A DNA stretch of 64,000 nt from the human T2T-CHM13v2.0 reference genome, Homo sapiens. Shown here piece by piece: positions 56,791 to 64,000 of this stretch (the first letter of the stretch is position 1; each line of letters opens with the position of its first letter). The DNA lies in the NCBI RefSeq assembly GCF_009914755.1, contig NC_060936.1; one strand, 5' to 3'. The translations under genes were made by a program, and so were the position numbers. Below the pieces are notes generated by a model that was given only the letters and a program-made list of their open reading frames with translations, had not been told where the DNA came from and made no database searches.

Positions 56791-58169
56791 GTCCATATTG
56801 CTACTTACAATCTGTTGGCCAGAACTCAACACTCCTCCGCAACTACAAGGGTTCTGGAGAGTGTAAGACTTCCATGTGGCCAGGAAGGAGAAGAGAACCA
56901 GACACTGGTGAGCATTAGTAATAGCTACTCCAGACTTCCACTGCTCTTAAAGTTGAAACAGTTTGTCTGGCTCAGTAGGTCTTGCAGAATCTTGCCCACC
57001 CCATCCACCCCACTCTATCTGATCTAAACTACTCACAGTTCCTCAAATACACTGCCTGTTCACTATCATCCCAAGGTGTTCACACATGCTACTCTCTTCC
57101 ACCCTGCCTCGAGAACTTTTTTCTCTCATCTAATTGTTATTTTTCCTTCAAGTTTCTGATATAAAATTTTACATATTATTACAAGCACTAATTTCACTAA
57201 ATTGTTTTTGTTTGTTTAAATAAAGATTTCTTAGTTATTTAAAAGATTAAATTTTCTTCTGATTGTAATAACAGCAACATTTTCATTATTATAATAACGG
57301 ATATGTCATAATGGAAAGATACTTCTGAAGCAACATGACCCCAGTATCCCAAGATTAGTTGTTTCACTAATGCCAACTTTAGTTCCTTCATCAATAATAA
57401 CTTTAATTATCCCATGTTAGAACAGAATGCCAGGCAAACTAGAGAGATCTCCTTCCCCTCAAATGATTAAATAGAGGCTAGATCTCTCATTTCTATTAGT
57501 CTAATTCAGTCCTTCCATCAAACTTCTAGTCACTGAGATTCAAAATACTGGTTAAGTATTCCCACTCCTGTATGCCCATGCCAATAATGAGGTAAAGGTT
57601 TTTGCCATCTCTTCCTTTGTAAACTGGGGGCCTCTGCTCTAGCTGAGGTCCTATTACCTATTAATCCACTCCCCAACTCCCCTCCCTGTATCTCATGACC
57701 CTTCACTATTCTTTCCCCAATCTCCTTTGCATACAGATCTTTTATTAGCTATATTATCTTCATGCAGGTCAACATTTGAGGCCACGCATGCTCTTCTTCA
57801 GCTGAATTCTCCAGATTTGACAATGACAAGATCAAGCTAGCTTTGCACGTTTTCCTACACATGTTATTCATTGGCCCTTGCCTGCCCCTACCACCGCTAC
57901 CAATCCACCTCAAATGTAATACACTAAGTATAAACAGAGTGTTTATTTTGTAAATGAAACATCAAGTTAACAACCTTTAGCAACCTCTTGCAACCCTTCA
58001 CCATATTTCTACCCCAGACCCTTCTTTATATGGAAATTTTCTATGTATCTGTCCCTTCTTTCCATTACTTCTCTTCTTATATATTAGGTTCTAACTAACC
58101 TGGACTATTCATGGTGCAGTGAATTGGACACCTTTTTCTCATACCTAGAGTTATTTTCTCACATTGATT

Positions 58170-58420
58170 CCACAGGTAGTGATGCGGTTAAGAGCATATG
58201 TGTGCTATCCACACTGCCTAGCATCAAAGGCCTGCTCTGCCATTTACTTGGGTTGTGGTCTTGGGCAAAGTTAATTGACATCTTTGTACTTCCGTTTCCT
58301 TATTTGTAAAAGGGAGATAATAACAAACCTAATTTGTAGAGCTTTGTGAGGATTAGATGAGAGAAATTTATGTGAAACCTTACCACGTTTGTTGTCACCA
58401 AGAAATGCCTAATTTCACTG
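58170..58420 (+). mobile_element. MIR SINE
   Basis: ctctgccatttacttgggttgtggtcttgggcaaagtta...ttgtgaggattagatgag. Confidence 0.7.
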
Positions 58421-59451
58421 GTGATTATTATAAGATACTTTTTTCTTGATTTTCTGTTCTCAAACTCCATCTTTTTAAAATCCTTTGTAACTTCTAACGT
58501 TCAGTTCATATACCTGCCATCTTGATGGAAATACACTCTTCAACTAGATACCTTCTTCTACACATGCATGCACACATATATACACCCTATTGTCAATGTC
58601 ATCCAAATAAATATGGCAGCCAAGTAGAGTCTAGGGAGAATTAAGGCAGCCACAGTCTCTAGAATCAGGTGACGTCAAAAGTGCAAGGAACTGTCAAGAT
58701 TTCTGATTGACTTCAATTGATCCAATGGGAAAGCAGGATAGCTACAGCAATAAGGAGACATACTCCAGGATGCCTGAGAAAGAAGACATAAGAAGGGTGG
58801 TGCTTTGCAAGTATTAATGGGCATATGAATCATGCCAGAGGTCTTGCTCAGAGGCAGATTCTGATTCAATGGCTCTGATAAGGATATAAAATGCTTCATT
58901 TCTAACAAGTTCCCAAATGATACCATGCTTTCAGTCCTCCAATCCTCCTTCAGTAGCAGGGCTCTAAAGAGAGTGAGGTTACAATCCAGAAAACTCAGGA
59001 AAATCACCACCAAAACTTGTGGATCAGCAAGACAAAGATTGAGAGAACTGAGCAATAACAGCATAACGGCAGTGAGAAAGGAACATGAACCAAGAGACCA
59101 CAGTCAAAATCAAGGTTAGACACATTAAGGAAATTACATGGTCATTATGCCAGTGGCACAGGGCATCTAGAACTGTGTCTGGAGTCACAGTCGAGTACAG
59201 AAAAGCAGATTCCAGAGAACTGAGTAGACAAACACATTGACCGTGACAAATTTCTCATACCAGCTACACACAAATCCTACCTCCTTATGGCAAAGCAGTG
59301 GAGTATGGTGGAAATAACTCTGTACTTGAAAACAAATACAAGTCAGATAGAGCCTAGACCCTGACACTAGCTGTGTGAATTCTTTGAGGACCCATTTTCT
59401 CATCCCCAAAGAGGGGGAAAATAATGCCTTCTTCAAAAGACTGCTGCAAAG

Positions 59452-59749
59452 GGCCAGGCATGATGGCTCTCACCTGTAATCCAAGAACTTTGGGAGACCA
59501 AAGTGAGCTGATTGCTTGAGCCCAGGAGTTCGAGACCAGCCTGGGCAACATGGCAAAGCTTTGTCCCTTGAATAAATACAAAAATTAGCCAGGTATGGTG
59601 AAAGGCGCCTGTAGTCCCACGTACCCAGGAGGCTGAGGTGGGAGGACGACTGAAGCACAGGAGGTCGAGGCTACAGTGAGCCATAACTGCACCACTGCAC
59701 TCTAACCTTGGCAACAGAGAGAAAAAGATCCGTCAAAAAAAAAAAAAAA
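59452..59749 (+). mobile_element. AluJ
   Basis: Full dimer with ttgcttgagcccaggagttcgagaccagcctgggcaac and ggaggtcgaggctacagtgagcc (J-type), plus A tail. Inserted at a MIR (about 59290-59440). Confidence 0.92.
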
Positions 59750-60575
59750 GAGAGATTTCTGAAAGATTAGGTAAGACAATTCTTTCACTGAGTGGGAGGT
59801 TACTTAGATAATCTCTAAATTCCTTTCTAAGAATCAAATTACATATCTATGATTACCATGAAGATTACCATTGCCTCACTTAAAAAAAATCACCATCATC
59901 TCCTACTATAACAAAACTCAGAAGTCTTGCCTAAGTTTCTGCTGGGGAAAAAATAAAAAACTGTTTTAGCTAATTCATTATCAGGTAGGAGATAACAGTA
60001 TCCTAAAATGAGAGGTTGCAAAGTCCAGGCAGGTAACTTCAAGTGTCCAGCATTAGGCAGGAACTGGAGATCCCTAAAGGATGCCTGTCCTTTCACAAGA
60101 TTGTCACCAAGAAAGAAAGGGGGTGTGGTTTCAACACAAAAAAGAGAAATTTACTGGAAAACCTCTTAATTGTTAAATGTTGGCAAATAACGGAAATACT
60201 AAAACACTTGTTTGGGCCGCACGAAACCTTATCTGCAGACTCAATTCCTGCCCTGGGCCAACAATTTTTTCCCCTTCCATCTTTGCCTTAATCCTTCGAG
60301 GAATTCATGCATTTTAAAAGAGGACAAAGATATACTTAAAAAGCCTCTGAATAGTAGATTTTCAAGCAATTCTAAAGTAAAGAATATGAGACTTTTAGAG
60401 CACAGCACATTTTCAGCACCCTTAAATCGGGTCATGTAGACATATTTTTAAACTCTGCCTATTTGTATTTTATGCCTAGCAAGATAACGTGGCTCTGCAT
60501 TGTTAGACACTCTTGGCTAAGGGTTAGGGAGACCTCAGATGACCGGATTTTATAAACAACCCCCAGATTCTCCCA

Positions 60576-60580
<5 letters not shown>

Positions 60581-60606
<26 letters not shown>
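60581..60606. repeat. Poly(T)26
   Basis: Directly visible. Confidence 0.97.
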
Positions 60607-60699
60607 ACTTAAAGGAAAGACCATTTTCAAGCTTTGTTCAGTATTCATTATTCACAACTCTTTTGCATGGTTTATTCCATATAATTAATTAATTGATCC

Positions 60700-61400
60700 G
60701 CTTGTTTGTTTGTTTGTTTTGAGTGTTTACTGAATACTAAGCACTGTTTTAGGTGCTGAAGAAAGAGCAGAAAGTACCATACTCAAGAGTGGAGTAGGGA
60801 CATTAATAAAGAAGTAAGTAAATCAGTAAATAAACAATTTCAGAAAGTTATAAGTCCTGTGAATAAAATAAAATAGAGTGGTGTGGGAAAATTACATGTT
60901 TTGAAGGGTGGGCAATCTATTTTAAACTGTGCTCACAAAGGCCTATCAGAGGAAGTGACATTTAATCTGAGACTGAAGGATATGGAAAAACTAGCATGGG
61001 ACGACCTGCAAGAAGACCATTCCAGGAAGCAGAACCCTAAGATGGAAGAAGTATGAATTCTTCTGGGAAAAGGAGAAAGCAGGTGAGGATAGTATACGGT
61101 GAATGAGGAGACAGCAGGTGCAACTGAGCTGAAGAGAGGGGCGGACAGCAGGCACTTCACGTGGGCCCAACAGGAAGGGGCTTGGATTTAGTTAGAGTAC
61201 AGTTCAAAGCCAGTGGAAAGCTACAAAGGGAGAAACTTGGTATAATTTACATTTCTGGGTGATCACTTAGGCCACTGTGCGAAGAATGGATTGGAGAGCA
61301 TCAGGATAGAGGTAAGGGACCCATATTTCAGACTATTGCTAAGTGCAGGCGAGAGGCAGCAGATCATAATGGCTCAAACTAGGGTTGTATCAGCAGAGCT
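60700..61400 (-). mobile_element. L2 3' region
   Basis: tttgagtgtttactgaatactaagcactgttttaggtgctg...aggcctatcagaggaagtgacatttaatctgagactgaagga. Confidence 0.75.
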
Positions 61401-61447
61401 GTTGCTATGTTCAAGTTCCTTAAGAAATGCACTGTTAAAGTAAATGT

Positions 61448-61482
61448 ATGTGTGTGTGTGTGTGAGTGAGAGAGAGAGAGAG
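61448..61482. repeat. (TG)n(AG)n compound microsatellite
   Basis: Directly visible. Confidence 0.9.
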
Positions 61483-64000
61483 ACAGAAATATCTACCAAG
61501 ACCAGTGGTAAGGGGAGTGGTTATTTTGGTGAAAAATAAAAATAAAAAGGGTCACATTTTTCCAAACTTACTTGAACATGAACATGGAATCGTTTTCTCC
61601 ATAAAACATCTCTTGGGACTTGTATACTCCAAAATACACTTTGCAAAAACATTTGTCAAAGTACAATTTTCAAAAAGTTAAAAGCATAGTGTTCATGTAT
61701 TCAACTCATTAATTCGGGAACCAGCATATGGTAAAACTGGTTCAAAGAGCATTTGAAGAACTGGTTATCTACATGTATTTGAATACTTTTGCTAATAGAC
61801 ACAAAACTGATTAATATCTTCCAGCGCAATAATCTTTGTGATATTTTTCTATTCTGTGGCTGAGAAATCATTTGTATCTACACTGACACTATTATCCAAG
61901 TATAATGTTTAATAGTATCTTGATTTAGAAGACAAATTGTATGTTTTGTTCTAATTTATTAAGTGAGCATGTAAGCTAGCAAAATTTAGACCTATAATCT
62001 AGATTAAAAACCAAATCCAACAAAGCTACATTCCCTTGGCTAGACCTATTAACCAGTGTTTCCCTACAACATAAAACTTTGAAAACACATGCTGGCCTCC
62101 CAAGTTTGCAATAATGTTTTCTTAATAGACACGCTTATGATCATAAAAAATCTCCAAAGATTATATTTTATTCCTCATGAATCAAAATGATTATGTATTG
62201 TTTTCTGGTCCTTTCATTTTCATATATACAACACCAAGTGTTCACTTGCTTGAATGCATAGAGCCATACAGTGTTAAAAACTACTAATGCCAGATAATTA
62301 TCTTTCATGTGAAAATTTGTATAAGGAATCTAGGGTTCCACTTTCAAAAACCTCTATGTTTTTTGCTTTTTTATCCTGAGCCTACAAAACCAACCCCCAA
62401 AAAATTACCTCCATGAGTTTCACCTGCAGTACCTATCATTGTGGTCAAATTTCTTTCTTTTCAATATCCCCATAATCTGTTGACATTCCTGGACTGCCAG
62501 AAAGTGACCTAGGGAAGGCAGAGCTTCACTTATGTTTTGATTATTTTTTCCCTGTAGGACAATTATGGTAATCATCCCAGTAAGACAGCTCTTACTGTGA
62601 TGTTGAGTTATTTAAGAAATATCAGACATATTAAACATACCTAATCATTTCTAGTATCTATAATAAATTTTGTGATTCCTCTCAGATTCTTTGGGAAATC
62701 TCTACAATCATTTTAAGTATAAGAGATACATTGCTTTTTCTTTCTGCTGAGGTTAGAGTTTGATCTTGGAAGGCAAAAACAAAAAAGTTCTTAAAATAGA
62801 TGTGGTCATTTTATTAAAATAAGATTATAGATACTTAAAGAGAATAAATCATGGAACTTTGGCTATTTATTAATCAGAAAAACAATATATTTTGTTAAAT
62901 ATACAATTGTAAGGAAACAATTCTTTTAAGTAAGGAGCTTTTTTGTTTTATTTAAATAATAATTTTACATAGGATATCTGTTCTCTGAGTGGAATGGACA
63001 AAAGATAAAGGATAAACTTATATTATGTTTGTAAAGAGCAGAATATGACAAGACACACTCATCATTTTGAAAAAGAGAAAACCAAATCTAGTGTTGCACA
63101 AATATAATACTTGGCAGTAAAGGATCGTTAAGTGTCTTCTTTTTCAATTATCTTTTGAGAAAGTCCCTCAAAACTAAATAAATTTAAGATATTTTGTGAC
63201 TTCTCTTTCAGATTCATTATTTTCAGATATAATAACAAGCCTTCTACAACTTTCTATATCCATACAAATTTTGTCTCTTGCTGTTCTCTTTCATATTTCA
63301 AACAACCTGACACTTTTCCTTTGGTCAAAACTGCCCTTTTTAACCCTTGATAAACAAAAGCACATCCATTAACGTGGTATTCAGTCAAACTTCTTTGTCA
63401 CTATTTTTCCTAACATAATCTCGATTGCCCACATTAATTATACTTTTTAACTAGATTGACAGACTACTTTTTCACAGAGAGAACTAGGAGACAGGAAAGA
63501 ATTGATAACTGTGTGTCATACACAAGCATGTCAGTATACTAACAGAGCTCACGAATAGAGAAGAGTAAGAATCTCTGTTGAGATAGTATAGTACCACTCC
63601 CAACAGTGACCATTCCTTTCACACTCTCTTACAGTGGCAAAAATAAATACATTTGTTAATATGATTCAAAACTACGGCAACTCTATAAAATATATAGATA
63701 AGGGGCAAAATTTTATATGTATGTGTATATATATATATATATGTATAATACATGTAAACAATGTTTGGTGACCAATGTTTTAGTATTCTATAAGTTTTCC
63801 AAGATTAATTAATTTGATCTAATTTCAGTTTAATAATTTAAAATTAATTAGATATTTTGGAAATTATATTTAAGCTGATGCACTGCGGAACCCAATAATT
63901 ATTTATGTAAAAACATTTGTCAAATACAATTCAATTTAGTTGAACACATAATTTTACATTTTACTTAATTTTAAACATTGTGTAGAAGTAATGTTGGCTT

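Overview
AT-rich, CpG-depleted primate (very likely human) non-coding DNA, either intergenic or deep intronic. It is dominated by transposable elements: L1PA/PB/M, Alu, L2, MIR, MaLR/ERVL/ERV1 LTRs and the DNA transposons MER33, MER58A, Tigger3 and MADE1. I see no host protein-coding exon, CpG island or intact RNA gene. The only meaningful long ORF (13367-15016) is an uninterrupted reverse-transcriptase fragment of L1 ORF2 inside a young, 5'-inverted (twin-primed) L1PA2/3 insertion. The most unusual structure is a complex templated insertion at 27773-28078: a 187-bp copy of sequence from 1.67 kb upstream, with junction microhomology, re-copied target segments and a fold-back, resembling a fossil template-switching repair event. 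Other points of interest are an apparently complete ancient MaLR provirus, nested insertions with intact TSDs, a hairpin-seeded 10-bp tandem array, a perfect AT palindrome and several repeat-free candidate enhancer blocks. I cannot support a new multi-gene biological system. Subfamily names were assigned by eye from remembered consensus features and need RepeatMasker/Dfam confirmation.
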